A stretch of DNA of 39,516 nucleotides from Phoronis australis (GCA_002633005.1 NMRA01000014.1:1713505-1753020), one strand, 5' to 3'. Shown: positions 1 through 13,766, counted from the first letter of the stretch. Notes: generated from the sequence alone by a model not told the origin. A program made the numbers and translations.

Positions 1-92
<92 letters not shown>
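1..92. repeat. (AT)n microsatellite at window start
   Basis: Perfect AT dinucleotide run from base 1 to 92. Confidence 0.99.
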
Positions 93-95
<3 letters not shown>

Positions 96-299
96 GACGT
101 CATTTGCGATAAACCCAAGCGCCTGTGGATGTGTCTTAATATCGATCTAAAAGTTTGTTAAGTTCACAAAATAGTGTTTTGAAAACATGCGTTGTGCTAC
201 AGTACGATAAGATTTGGAATAAACTGGAAACTACATTCCGTCCTGTTCAGCTGGCTAAAACAAAAATAGAATTCGGCTTTTTATTCCAACAATAATATT

Positions 300-1660
300 C
301 TTTATCGTGGAAGTCGGATATTTTCGTAGCCCCACATTAAACGTTGGATGAACATTACCTGCACATGCGCAAGTCATGTGAGTTTCAAACTGAAGAACGA
401 TTGGCCATGTGATTAAAGTTAACCTATACGAGAAGATAAAGCTCAGCTCAGGGGTGACATCTGAAGTTACAAAATACCCAAGGTGTTTCGAGTAGTGAGG
501 ATCGAGTCAATATTTAGCACCTCAGTTTTTCCTAAGCCTCAAAGTGTTTTATATTTGGGGGATACGAAAATGCCTGAGGTGTTCTGAAGGTTTCAAATTG
601 TCACCCGGAGATGTACGAACGCCTATCATCATGTTGCGTGACTCTCAAAATGAAGAGAGCCGTCCAAATGGTTGGGATATCCTGTGAGATCAAGCTTGGA
701 CAAGACTCACTAGACTGAGGATTGAAAATGACAGTCGCATGACGCCATGATTTTAACCGTCTTTTAATCAAATCCCTTTATTTGTTACGATGGAAGTTAG
801 CGAATGAACAGACGTGAAACATCCTCAAGGAACTCCTCGTTGTTTTTGGTAGCTTCAAATATACTTGGGAGGTGATTCATATCTGTGAATGAGCGAACTT
901 CAAACACTGTGATAAGTCACGTGACTCTCAAAATAGAAAACGTCGTCGAGTGCGACGGGATACCCCTGTGACAACTGAGTTCACAGTACATCAAGTGGCA
1001 AACTGAGGCAGACTGATCATGATGTTAGATGTGTCGTGACAATAAAAGTTGTTCGCACTTATGCAGATATGATACATCTCCGGAGGATACTTTGAAACCA
1101 CGGGATTACCCACAGATGTTCAAGATGCTCCGCCCACGGGAAACTATGTCGCAAGTTCGCCGCATAGATATCGATAGATAGGCTTATCCACTGTTCACTT
1201 TATTTTTCTTTTATTATAATAAAGATAATGGCAAGGTGCGATATCCACGCGACATAAATTATTATGGACCAACAAAGACGTAACAAAGGAAAACAATGGA
1301 AGTGTCCCATAGGCGATAAACCATGCGACGCGCTTATTCCCGACGCATGGATCTGGCAAATTAAACAGTACCTATAGCGACATCCATTCGACGTCATTTG
1401 ACATGGACAAGACTACAAAATTTTCGGCGGAGTTCCAGATGGCTCCAAATCTAGTCGCGTCCGGAACATCTCAAGTTTTTACGTAGCCTAAAATTTCCCC
1501 TAGAAAGTGGACGTCAATCATACGGCCAATCGTTCTCAATTTTGAAAGTAATATCGCTTTCCGTATTCTTGAAGTCCACATCATGCACGGATATAGCGTC
1601 GTTCACTTCCGAGGGTAAGTTTCGAGCTACACGAATACCGAAGGTGCTCCGAATACTCGA
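300..1660. repeat. Decayed complex repeat: ~270-bp periodic units plus a recurring ~25-bp motif in both orientations
   Basis: AAGTCAYGTGACTCTCAAAATGAA-like unit starts at ~369, ~632 and ~913. A motif resembling CCGGAACACCTCGGGTATTTTCGTAGCC occurs at ~308(+), ~465(-), ~557(-), ~1460(+) and ~1626(-). Aligned by eye. Confidence 0.6.
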
Positions 1661-3224
1661 CTCGGAAGTGACCTCCCGAAACGACAACCTTATGCGAGAT
1701 CACCGCCATAAAAAACTCGGAAATCTTGCTATAGTTCTTATGGTTCGTCAAGCAGCTCCGACCACACATTTCTGTAATTCCATGACACTGATTCTGCAAT
1801 ACAAGATCATATACCGACTTAGTCTGCGAACCACTGTGATATGACCAGCCGACCACGACATCTCGACAAAGAGTAATCTTCCAATGCTAAAACTGTATCT
1901 AAGATTTCTTCACTAAAGTGTTCGTCATGTTTAATGAATTATTTAAAATCAAGATTACATAATTCTCAGAAGAGCGCTCATTAGGCTTACAAGTACTAAT
2001 ATTTTGCGGATTCAAGGTCCACTCGAATTATAAAAAGACACGTTTTATGGAAAATTCACCACAATCTTTATGCAAAAAATGAGGAATGATAGTGAAAAGA
2101 CTTTTCCGTCATCCTTATAACCTAAAAAACGATATTTTATCAAAAACACGTGGTCACGTGACAACGAAAATGACGCATCCCATACTGTAATATCGGTTGT
2201 CAAAAGTTAATCTGCTCCAGTGGGACTACATGTACCAGAAATTTGAAATTCAGTTCTGTTATATTAAGTTTGACTCAATTAAAAACGTCAAAGACGTATT
2301 AAAACGACTGTGGAATAAGGAGCAAGATTATATTGTGTTATGCCAACACTCAACATTGAAATGAAGTTATGGTGACGTACGGTGTAAGCTCTTGGCCGAG
2401 ACCCTACATTAAAGGTGCGGTTAGCTGACCCTTCCGATCCTTGTGTTACATGTAGGCCTACATATATTATCTGGCTTTCAAGAAATCGCACTACGGTAAC
2501 CACAGTGGTCGATAACTCGCTTGCGTTTGGAACCAGTATCTGAACGCACCCGCTTAGTCAAACAACTTTCGGAAAACGGCCAAATGACGTTTCATTTGAG
2601 AATAAATATTCTGATGCTCTGAACATGCATGTATATGTACGTAAGCGTCTGAACGTGGGCGAACAACAACTAGCAAGAAAGATAACCTGTAGGCGCCCCG
2701 TGTCAGATACAGGTGCGATAAACTAAGGTGTTAATACTGAATTTGTTTTTCTGCATTCCGTCCATTGAACGTTTTTATACTAAAGCATTTTCACACACAT
2801 AGAATCACGATAACATTTGTACAGGGAATCTTACGCCGTTACTGAAAAAAATGAGGGCACTTCTGCATTTTAAGACCCTCGTGTGTTTACTAGTCCTATT
2901 ACGTCACTAGACTTGAATGTCGACAGTAAATTATTTCAGATTTCGCCGTCGCTGTCCCTCTTCATGTTTTCAATTTGACTACAGAAAAACGGATACGGTA
3001 CATTAAGTAACATATTTAAGTTCCTATTATATTTTTAGCATCTACTTGGCACCTATAAAGACATTTCCATAAAGCGTGAATGAATGCCTGCGGAGATGTT
3101 ATCCGGATGAGATCGATAGCAGTAGAGTACTATATTGAAATAATACAAATACTTGGCGACATGACAGTTAAGCACACTGAAAGGAAAAGCGTTTAATTAA
3201 GCTGATTGGAAATCTTTTTAATGA

Positions 3225-3335
3225 CAGTAATAGTAATCACCATCACCAATATTGACATTTTATCATCTTTGTCGCCATCATTTTTGTTACCGTCTTATAT
3301 TCATTGACGCCACTGTCTTCTTTATCATTTCTATA
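3225..3335. repeat. Degenerate (ATC/GTC)n low-complexity tract
   Basis: Residual 3-nt periodicity: atcaccatcacc...atcatctttgtcgccatcatt. Confidence 0.5.
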
Positions 3336-6300
3336 GCCAGTTAAATACATATACATGTAAGTCTTCAAACGCTGATACTTAAAATTTCATTCAGACAAGT
3401 CCATGGATCCGCACAAGATTTCGAGGAGAAACTTGTTCGTCCGTGCAAGTAAATTGGCATAAAAAGGTGCACTTTGGATTACCTTGTTTCATCAACTATG
3501 TACATTTTGCAACAAAACAGGATTTAATTCAAAATTCATTTCTCTCGGCAAATCTCAGTAAACAACTTCATGCCGATTTAGGGTAAAAGTGAATGATTTG
3601 GGAACCTAGGTCCGCAAAAATACGGTGCCATTTTGGAACCTCTGTATAGCTCTTTCGTGTAAGACATGATGGTGAGGCGCAACAGGTGCGTGCCGTGACT
3701 ACTGCTGCGCTTCGCTTGCTCAAGCTGAAGTTGCATGTAATATCTCGAAATGAAACGGTGACTCAGAGTCTTATAATTTCGAGACATAGTTACCGACTTA
3801 TCACCAGATGCAAAGACAAGCATCTAATCATGACATTTCTCTACCATTAAGTGTCATAGCACATTTTTCATAGAGAAAGTCAATTGTAATACACTGTAGG
3901 TTTGTGCCTTGTTTTGTAATTGTGTGTTCTGTTTGGTATGATTAGAGTTTTACATTCTCTCTTGCCTCGTTTGTTGCGCGATTTTCATAACAAATGCTGA
4001 GATATCAATGCTGCAACGAAAAGCGACAGAACCCATGACTTTCCGCGAGGTAGCCACTACGCATTGATTTTTCTTAGTTGCAACATACGTGTTGCGAATA
4101 GCACTTCGCCTTTTATATTGGGTTATCTTGTCTTGAAACTTTTGATCACGAAAGCCTGTGTTAAAGTGGATATCTGTAAGCTATCCAATCTTTGTTGATG
4201 GTGAACCTCATTCTTTTCGCGGGAGCAACTATTTTTTTTCGTTAAATGGGTACTGAATTTTATTTCTGCTGCGGGAATTGTAACAACTAAGCAAGTTATT
4301 GAGCGCCAGCTTGTTCTCTTGAAGCAGCGCGAATTGCACTTGTACGCGCGTGCGTAGCGCTTGTGCAATTGCGTGGTGGAAGACTGGGCTACCAAGCCGT
4401 GTTTACATTGTGCTCTATGGAGACCCGGAAAGAAAAGCAGATTTCTCTTAAAATTAACATATTAATGACAAAAACAGCACTTGATGAAACATTTATGCCA
4501 GGAGCACGTGAATACTGCAGGACTGATTGGAACAGAATTTGTGTTTTTTTCATCGGCATCCGGATTTTCGCATGTTTTGTACAACGATTGAATTGCTCTC
4601 CTGGTGAAATTTACTCACATGATCGAGGACAATCCAGGCATTTTTAAAAGAGCACATTGGCCTTCCACAGCAGATTAAGTTGTTCCTGAGCAAAGAAGTG
4701 CCGTTGTGAGCTGGGGGAGATAAGGTGGGGCGAACCATTGACGATTGAGCTGTGCTGCATAAAACTTCGCATGAGTATGTGAAAAAGCGGAAATGTGGTG
4801 TAAGTGTGCTGAGCACACTCATGAAAGCCAGCCCCGGCAGAGACGGGACATTCTTTAAAGGTTGAAAAATGCAATTACAGTGTATCATGAAGACTGATAA
4901 TTCTTACTTATGAATTTATTTGTTATTTCAATTCACATTTTCTAAGAAGTCTGGAGCTAAGCTTGCGACGAGTTCTCAAATCAGTTACCTCAATGGTCTG
5001 GGGCTGAGTGAGTCATTTTATTTCGCTGTCCAAAAAGTTGACCACACAAGGTTATAAATGTATGTTCATGTAAAATATAACTTTACGTTGGGTGGCAGGT
5101 AGACAGAGCAATGACGTGACCGGAGGCAATAGTCCAAGCATTGACTGAACGGAAACAGGTCGTTATCGAGTGCTGTACATTAAACCGTCATTCACGAAAC
5201 GATAGTGTATAAGTACATGGTAACCTAAGACTTAAAGACAATGGAACTATTTTAGGACTCATGTAAAAGCAACCTTAACAGTAATTGAAATTTTCTCTTC
5301 ACAATGAAGCTATAAATATGTCGTGAAACCGGAAATTAAGTCATCATGTGACCGAAACATCTAGCCAGTCAAATACTAACTAATCGGGCTGTGCTTGTAG
5401 GATCTTTCAAGTGTATTGATGATACAGCAATTTCTTTTTGCTCTTGTGACCGTGTTAATCTATTTTTCGGTATTCAAAGTCTTGAAATTTGGCATAACTA
5501 ATTTCATGTTAAAATTGTCGTGGCAACAAATGAAGTACAGCAAGTAAGCTTAACGCTATTTAAAATCCTACCAAATAGCAAGGTTTCTACTGCGTTTTAA
5601 GCTTCTGGAGAATACAGTACTAAAAACGTGCATTTTTTAGCAGAAAATGGATAATAGAAATGTAAGAGTTCACGTAAAAACTTGAACTCATTATTGAACT
5701 GTTGCCAATATTCAAAATGTTCTGGATGAAATTTTCTATTAAATACGAAAATGTCCCATAACACACAGCAGTCTATATTGTATAGTTGATTTGTTTTATA
5801 TCGCTACAGTGCATAGAATTTATGTGTGTACTCACATGTAAAGAACTGCCTTGCAGCGACACACGTTGTAGAAAACGTTCAAAACACCATGGAAATATCT
5901 GTAGATACATGTATTTCGGCCTACATGTAGCTGTGCTGACTTTGGTCTTGTCAAGACGCGTGCGCTTAAATTATGCTCTGCACTTTGTCATCTGCTTTTT
6001 CAGATCAAAGAGGACATGCTATTGACCAGAAATTTCCTTTTACTGAATGTCATAATACGAAAAAATGACGTGTGCCATTAAGCCCAAGACTCAAAATTGT
6101 TCTTCATCACGGGTCTTGATTTCGTCTAATGAAGACATGAATGGAGACAGAAACTACTGAAGATCCCTAAGTTTGGGATGACTGGCTAGACCTATCAATA
6201 GTGATAAATTTTGACATTCGTTGTTTACATACTGCCTTGAATGAATTGTTTGGTGAATTTTATTTTAATTTCCAATATGATTTAGAAAAGGTCCGAATGG

Positions 6301-6894
6301 TTTGACAATAAACTAGGGTTACATTTCCCTTTAATACAGGGTTGCTGAACTACTTTTTTGAATTTTTGAATCAGTCCAAACACATAGTCGAATTCATCTC
6401 CCCTCCCCTTACGCCGGACACGACAAACAATGCCGCTGTCTTACCGATTTCACCACCAGTGCTGGTGTATTTCTTCGAAAGTTGTGTCCTCCCATCCTTT
6501 ACGAAATTAAGGAAAGTGATAACGCGGAAGTCAAAGAAGTATGTTCTTAAAAAGCGTGCGGGACTTCTGTTAGTAAAAATAGTGCTAAGAAGCTTGTCAC
6601 TTTTGACAGGACTGGCGAACGCTTGCAATGTGAGTCAGAAGTGAACTATAAAGAAAACTCTTTTTGAATGTAGAAACTATTTAATATGCAAGCTAGAAAA
6701 AATGAAATTTTGGCTTTAATTTGTTTAAATTTAAGTTAATGTATTGGAAAAACATGGCTCTTTAGTATCAATGACACAAAAGCAGTTCGCTATATTTGGC
6801 ACAATGCGAAGTGGAAAAACATAGGACGACAATACCTGCTATGCGACCTGCAAACATTGTAATCTCAATTAAACTTGAAATCATGGATACTCAC

Positions 6895-6956
6895 CGTGTA
6901 TCTGTGTCTTGTGTAAAATCTCGGATATGTGCTTGAAACGTCCACGAAAATACAAC
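6895..6956 (-). other. Candidate 62-nt spliced exon (possibly 5' UTR)
   Basis: On the minus strand, acceptor ttatttgtttattctag| and donor acg|gtgagt are both close to consensus. All three frames are open and there is no recognisable product. Confidence 0.4.
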
Positions 6957-7104
6957 CTAGAATAAACAAATAAGTAAGCTTTGGAAACTTTAACGAACAA
7001 CGCGATTTCATAACGCCCATAGTATGATTCTTTCTACTTCAGGTTGGTTCTGTTCGCAAGCGATATTCTTCTGTAGGTATCTAGTCGTCTTCTTCACCTT
7101 GTTA

Positions 7105-7255
7105 TCAAACACGTGGCAAACGCGCACATATGTCCAAACCTCATAGCTACTGGCCTTATTTATAACGGTTACCGCGACAATAGCGAGACTTGGATTGGCT
7201 TCGAGAGCCCGTGGAGCTAATGATGTCATTGCGGAAACAAGTCGCACGTGGATAT
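7105..7255 (-). promoter_or_regulatory. Candidate Pol II promoter (TATA + CCAAT + E-boxes + CRE-like site)
   Basis: Minus strand TATAAATA at ~7157-7164, with CCAAT (ATTGG on +) ~35 bp upstream at ~7194, TGATGTCA at ~7221 and CACGTG at ~7110 and ~7245. It lies ~200 bp upstream of the candidate exon 6895-6956. Confidence 0.35.
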
Positions 7256-9910
7256 CCTCGCCTACTCCAGTGGGCCGAGCAGACAAATATCCGGCTACCA
7301 GTCACATGTGTTCACTTAAGGTAAAACAATAATGTCAGCTTCTTTCCGTAAAACAGACTACGCATTAAATTTATTCATAAAACACACTGCTTTGAATAGC
7401 CATTTGTCCCACGCGGTTGCTCCGTCAAGAAATGATATCACAAAGACAAGCTCCCGAGTAACAGGAGACCAAAGATTCCCGATTCCGCACAAACATCGCC
7501 TACGTAATCCAGCTGAGCTTGCGATAATAATGTCAGTTAGTCCTTTGGAGACCAGAAGAAACTATGTTCGCTACTATGGCCAGCTAAAGAGGAAAGGAAA
7601 CACGGACGATACTACATAGTAATTCAAAAGCGAAATGAAAATGTTCCAGCATCTCACCCGGTTTTTGACCTTGGAGATAATTTTTGCGAGCCACTTTACT
7701 TGAAAGCCAACTGTAAGAAGAGCACAACATGTTTTATGTGATGTTGATATTCTCTTCGAGAGTAGTGAGTTAGATGGTGATCATGATGAAAAAGTCATAG
7801 GGTACTTGGTCCTCTCCACAGTTTTGAAAATAAGATAAATAAGATAAACCCAGTGACTCGAAAGTGCATTGCCTGTCAACTCGTTAAACCACTTCCTAAC
7901 ATAATCTGGTACATCAGTGTCAGACATAAAACGACAATAATTGAATTACTTATGATACTTTATCGATTGGAGTGTTATGCACATATTTTCTCTGTGTTTG
8001 ATAAATAAGTCACTCTCGGTTTCCCTAATAACGTTAATCAATCAATTTTATTTAGATTTTTGGTTGCACCCGTTGCATGCCACCAATATAGTTCAAGCTG
8101 GCACAACTTAACAATTCGCACTTGTTTGTATTTAACTGACAAGTCTTGTTTTGTCTTATTTTGGTTCTACGTCAGTCAGAAGACAGGATTCCAGTTGTGA
8201 AATAGGGCTTGTTAACTTTTAGTTTTCGACCGAGGTTTCAGGTCCTGGGCAACGACCATAAACACTACTGTATTTTTGTCGTGCCCAACCGTACCAAGCT
8301 TCTGTCATTTTACGCGGATTACACTGGAAAACTTTTAGCTGACGAGCTTTAGTTATGTGCAGTGTATACATGCAAATGGTTGGCAGTGTAACCTGGTCGT
8401 CAAACTCTGCCCGGCAATAGCGTTTCCGACGTTTTTTGATGTTTGTTCATGCACACTTTATTAAAAACTAGTTTGATGGAATTCAGGTAAAAAAACAAAC
8501 ATGCGATTATCTGTGTTTAAATTGATAAACTTCGGGAAAGATTTCTGTTTCGTAAAATCAAGGCATATATGGAACAATAACCCGACCCAGATATCAAAGA
8601 TTAATTATGTCTGTACAGGCGGAAATACAGGTATCGCGAGGGACAGGCAACCGCAACTTCCGGAGGACAGCTCTAAGAACGGCATGATGGCGCCTTTTGG
8701 GCGCAGGTTGGTTGAACTCCGTGGGGCCTCCCTAAACCAGCTTGTGGCCTGGATGAAAACAATGCAAAATATATGCAAAAGCTAAATTAAACACAAATCA
8801 TAAACATGAGAATGTAGCTATGTCTTGTTTTTGTGTACTCGTGTTTATCAAGAGCTCGGTAAAACATTCGTCTTCAGAAATGATTTAAAAGCGTCCTGAT
8901 CAGAAAATCTCAAATCTTGAAGAGGCGTTCAGTACATGTTTAATCCATGCTCTAGAACACAGACGGAGTTTCTCTTTTCTCAGAAGGACACCGGCGTCTC
9001 TCACCAGAAGCAGCTGTCAATTGTGAACGTAGATCCTGTTTCGTTTGTTTTCGGGATACCAACATTAAAAACTTCAATTCATCTCATATAATTCTTTGCA
9101 CATTTACAAAATGTTGCCAAATTGTACATGTACCAAACACGACCAAGCAGTAACGCCAAAATGAACTCACCAAAGGATTCGCAAACATTTTAGTCCTGTT
9201 AAAATGAAACGAGTGTACATGTACCAAGGTAGGGTGGATTCAGTTTCCCGCGGAAGCCACGAGCAACCTGTCTTCAATGTTTTAAACAATGGACCTGGAA
9301 ATTTAGAAATCACGCAGAAACCCGACGCTTACACATGCAAGTGCATTGCGAACATTTGTAAGCAATATATTAATATTTTCAGAATAATATAAAATCGTGA
9401 TTAATAACAATGCTGGGTTTAATATAGTCAAATGTACACTGTATCTGGGGAGGGATCGATAGACACAAAACATAAGCCATGTAATTGCGGGGAAAACCTT
9501 TGCTTATGGAAGGGAAACAATGAACTGTCAGATGACTGAGGGATTCAATTTCGTAATTCAATATTCCAATCTCACCGACCAATCACTTTATAGCGGCCAG
9601 CATTCCGCCGTGTTACTCTCATAAGGTTTCGAGTATACTCGTGAAACAATCGCTTTCCTCTCATCTAATTTTGCGAGATCTTGCGTGATTATGTTTCAGG
9701 TCATTGACAAATTTGGATCCACCGCTGGATTGTTTTGTTTCTCACTGGAACGGTGCCTCTCAAAGGCGTTTTGCTCCCCAAAACTTAAATTTCACATGCC
9801 GCAAATTTACCCTTAAAATCAGTTTCAATTGTGGACAGTCAGTCTCCGAGTGGAAACCAAGTATAGCCTATGCAGCCCCATGCCATAGGCTAATGTGAAA
9901 AAGTTCATTA

Positions 9911-10050
9911 CATGGGCGGGCATCACTGAAAAAGTGGGGGCTGTACCCCCCAGCCCCCCTGTGATGCAGCACGCATAGACAATGGGCGGCATTGCACTAA
10001 AAAGTGGGGCTATAGCCCCCCTCCCCAGCCTCTATGGTGCGCCGCACATG
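9911..10050. mobile_element. hAT-like MITE (head-to-tail dimer of a ~68-bp unit), 5-bp TSD CATTA
   Basis: Ends are CATGGGCGGG...GCCGCACATG (imperfect TIR). The internal unit ATGGGCGG..CACT-AAAAAGTGGGG(G)CT..CCCCCCAGCC is repeated twice. CATTA flanks it at 9906-9910 and 10051-10055. Confidence 0.75.
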
Positions 10051-10094
10051 CATTAAATACATGGAGCAGGTACTTAACAGTGTGTAAGGTTTAA

Positions 10095-11373
10095 AGAAGA
10101 ATGCCACCCGATTTAATTAGTTTTTGTTACCCTCTTCATCGGTCCGTATCCACGTCACATCGCATACAATCGATTTCACCTCACCGATAGGTGTCGCGTT
10201 AACATGTGAGGCAGGTGAGTACACGACGCAGCGACGTCAGTGGTTCTTCCGCTGAGTGTGTGCTGCTATGGTGTCATGTCGTTCCCGCTTTGTGCGAATC
10301 GTGAAGCTGTGCCCAAAGCGAGTATATCGTTTTTTGCGATTTCCTCGTGAACCCGAAATGCTTCTGAAGTGGTTCCCGGCAGTGAAGAACGAAACTTACG
10401 CCGTTAATGCCATCTATGAGGTAGTGAAATATCTTCGTGTCTGTGACCCGCATTGTTTTGTTTCAAAATGAATTATTTTCACCCTAACCAATGGTTATAT
10501 AAAACTGAAACAAAATGTCAAGTCTGTCTCAGTCAGTAGATACAAATCGTAATGCCCCAGGATTGTTTGAGTGCAACAATGAATAAATCTTACTGCGTTA
10601 CCGGCTCCAGATGCATTGAATAAAATTAACTGAACGCCGTATGAGCGCATGCTAATTCAGCGTTCGCTGACCGAAATAAGGTGTGAAACTATAACAGATA
10701 TTAGAAGAATCTTTATTTAGATATATATTCATTATTCAAATCATTGCTGTAGAACACATTTTCCCTGTAAGGTTCTGTGAAAGGGAACTTGCCTTCACGG
10801 CCACCGACGAGTAAGCATTTTGTAATTTCGCGGCGAACTCACCAAATATTCACGTGTTCATTATTTCTTTGTTTCAGTAGTCTACTCTTTTTGTGACTGG
10901 AAGTTTAGTTTTCAACTCTCGCAACCGACAAAACCGGTTGGTTTATGTTCGTAATATCTCCTGATCGTGTTGCAAGTCACTGGGTTATAACGAGTGTTTC
11001 AGAAAAAATCGCAAGTCTAAAATTACAACACACGGCTATACCCTCCTGTGTGTATTTCACAGAAGAATCATTGTAATTTATCACAGAACAGACTCCAAAC
11101 TTCCCACGACCGACCTCGGTAAGTTGGCCTACCGAACTAGTTGTAGGCTACGGTACGTTCAAAATTTCTGTAAATCCGTAACAGCGAAATAAATCGACTC
11201 GTTTATTAAAAATTCAATTTATTTATAAGGGTTTTACATCGACTTTTGATGATTAATTGGTGTAAAACGATGACATCAAACGATAAGCTGACACCGTAAG
11301 CGTCTTGTGGACTGTTGAACTTGCTGTTATCGAGTGGACCTATTCGACATAAATTAATACAAAATATTCTCCT
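10095..11373 (+). mobile_element. Kolobok-like DNA transposon relic
   Basis: TTAA|AGAAGAAT ... ATTCTCCT|TTAA ends (short imperfect TIR, TTAA TSD) enclose a decayed THAP domain. An N-terminal THAP and TTAA TSDs are established Kolobok traits. No DDE core was recognised. Confidence 0.5.
10268..10525 (+). pseudogene. Frameshifted THAP zinc-finger domain (transposase N-terminus)
   Basis: Joining frames gives C..VP-LCANREAVPKASISFF-RFPREPEMLLKWFPAVKN...KYLRVCDPHCF...KLKQNV. This matches the THAP signature C-x4-C ... F-x-FP ... W ... RVC-x2-HF ... LK. Confidence 0.75.
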
Positions 11374-12253
11374 TTAAGGCAGCTACAATACCGTTTATGT
11401 CGCACGGTGCCTGTATAGCCAGCCGAGGGACTACGTGTTGCCTAATAAGGCCTCTGCTACGATTCAGTTGCATTGAATGTGAACTGAATTCGATAATTCA
11501 ACTTCAGTTGTGAACAGGAAAAGTAATACAAATTGTTCCTAACAGAGACGTCAAGCAGATTCTAAAAAGCTTGTTGCCTTCTCGTTATTTTTAAGATATT
11601 GTTTATTGCTACACCATTGTCCTGCAAATATCTCCAGACAGATTTGTATCCATGCAGCCTTTGCTTAAATGCACACGTAATCAAACCTTATTGCATGTTT
11701 GTTGTTCGTACCCGGTATTCACACGTTTCACACATTCAGCACAAGAATGCTAGTTCCCCCGAGTCCCTGAAATTCTGTCACCCACGCACAAACACTCACT
11801 TCATTTTCTCCTCTGTATTTAATATAATACATCTGGATACCATTAAGGATTCTATCCACTGCATACTAATGCAATCAAGTACATCATCGGTGACAACAGT
11901 TAGATAAGTTTACGGTATGTAGAAATCAAATTTATGACTCAGGCTTAAAGTGGAACTTGCACACTAATTCCTTTGTGATTGCTCTATCAAGATAGAAACA
12001 CAACATATAGCGACGACGTGAATATGAAGTAGGTTGAAAATTGCCAAATGTTTTTAAGAACGAGTTTTGTGTCGAAAATGATCTGCCTAAATCACTCAAT
12101 CGTTTCCAGTAAGTATCGTGACGTGTGTGTTGGGGAATAACACTGCATGATGCGGGTTATGTGAGCCCTAAGGTACGTCACCTATTTGCAGAATTTTTTG
12201 TTTTCATATTTACAAGTTGCCAATGAATACAATGGCACTTTGTTTAGAGTATA

Positions 12254-12407
12254 CACTGGCGGATTTAGAGGGGGGCCAAGGGGGCCATGCCCCCTTAAAA
12301 TTCTCCCGGATTCCATTTGGCAGTTCGGGGGTGCGAATGTCTGACGGGCAAACTCCTGGCTAATATTCTGCCCTGCCCCCCAACTCAAAATCCTGGATCT
12401 GCCCATG
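12254..12407. mobile_element. hAT-like MITE, copy A (CAGGGGCGGATC-type TIR), 5-bp flanking repeat GTATA
   Basis: Ends are CACTGGCGGATT...GATCTGCCCATG. GTATA lies at 12249-12253 and 12408-12412. It is a close inverted homologue of 13767-13920. Confidence 0.8.
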
Positions 12408-12416
12408 GTATATGGT

Positions 12417-13160
12417 GTTCAAATAGCATTGTCGTTTAGTTCCTGCTATACACTGGCATAGTTAGGAGCATGCGATGAGTACAACTTTAAGACACAGAAT
12501 TTGCAACGAGAAAAAACTGATATAAGGAGGTGCGTGTTATCTAGAATAATCCATGTGTTGTAGCAGTAGTGTGATCAAATGGTCACTTTGTTGCATCAGG
12601 CCTACACTGTATAGAGAGTCAATAGCTACGACGAACGTCCATGAGGTCTTATGATCTGCGTGTGCATTCACACGGTACAGTGACACTTCAAAGCCATGTC
12701 GTCAGTGGAAGTCGGAAAAATCTGGATTCTTTCTTGCTCGTTATTTCACAAAATGTGTGAATAACGTGACGCAAACATTCTTTGGGACTTTTGATTTGCA
12801 TCGGATTGTATAGCGTTCCATAGCCCGACTTCAGGGATCCTAATGGCCAATACTCCGTTCACATAACTGTTAATACTCTTTCAAATGAAAAATCCAACAT
12901 CACTTTCAAACAAGCAAATTTTGTCTGATCGGAATGTCTATCAATCATAATCTCACCGGTAGATGCCATTTTTTTCACAATAATATTAGAATTTTTATTA
13001 CACGCAGTGAACTCTGGCGTGACATTAAATATTTTATTCTTTTTTGTGATCACCTGGAGGCTGTAAACCAAGATATTGGTTCGTTGATATACTGTATCAA
13101 CTATTTCCAGAAAATGAGTAGTACACGTGATTATATAGTTTTCCAAAAACAGCTTCATAT
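12417..13160 (-). pseudogene. Decayed Academ(X)-like transposase C-terminus (LPPT motif + Cys-rich Tesmin/CXC-like finger)
   Basis: Minus strand across frameshifts reads RLPLT-x-ALKCHC-xRVNAH at ~12715-12660 (cf. RLPPTxDALxxHxxRANYQ). About 80 codons later it reads CLKVVLIACS*LCQCIAGTKRQCYLN at ~12495-12417 (cf. CxKxGLxCTxLCxC...CxN). The upstream XPG-like similarity is weak. Confidence 0.45.
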
Positions 13161-13766
13161 TAAAACATTGATGGCATTTCGCACCAAAATAAACATGTTG
13201 TTAGGAAACCTTTCATTTTTGGAAGGTTGAGGACGTGTAAATTATTCAAGCAGGCTGTTACGCATGTGTGATTAGTTCCAATAATCCAGTGATACACATG
13301 TATACCTGTTGTACATATCTTGCGCAGTTATTTTTATCTACACAAATCAGCACGCACCTTCTAAAATTAGGATTAGTACCGCTTGAGTAATAGCCTGGCC
13401 TAGTGATTTAATTTTCTGGAGGGCGGTAAATATCATAAAATATAAAAATAGTAGCGTTTCATGACAAATGTTTTCTCGAGCCGTTTTTTACCATTTGGTC
13501 ATTTACTTCGTAAGCCAACACTAGCACATTATCCTACTCTGATTCGGTCAGATTGTCCTCCACACATAACTACATTCATTTTTAGACGAACAAAGCATGA
13601 TTTTATCTAGTAGTATTGGACCGTAACAGCAATGTCAAGCGACCACTTATGCTTCTTCTAACGTTCATTTCTAGTGAATTTTCTCCTTGCAAAACTATTC
13701 ACGCCACCTGGTGACTGGCTGTTTGAAGTTAATTGAGTCGTCAACTACAAATTGTAATTTAAATTC

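Noticed and set aside
300-1100. CRISPR-like or prokaryotic repeat array
   Set aside because: Units are ~270 bp and highly diverged, there are no cas genes, and the window is clearly eukaryotic.
7340-7700. Hydrophobic minus-strand translation resembling an MFS transporter
   Set aside because: Multiple stops and no diagnostic motif.
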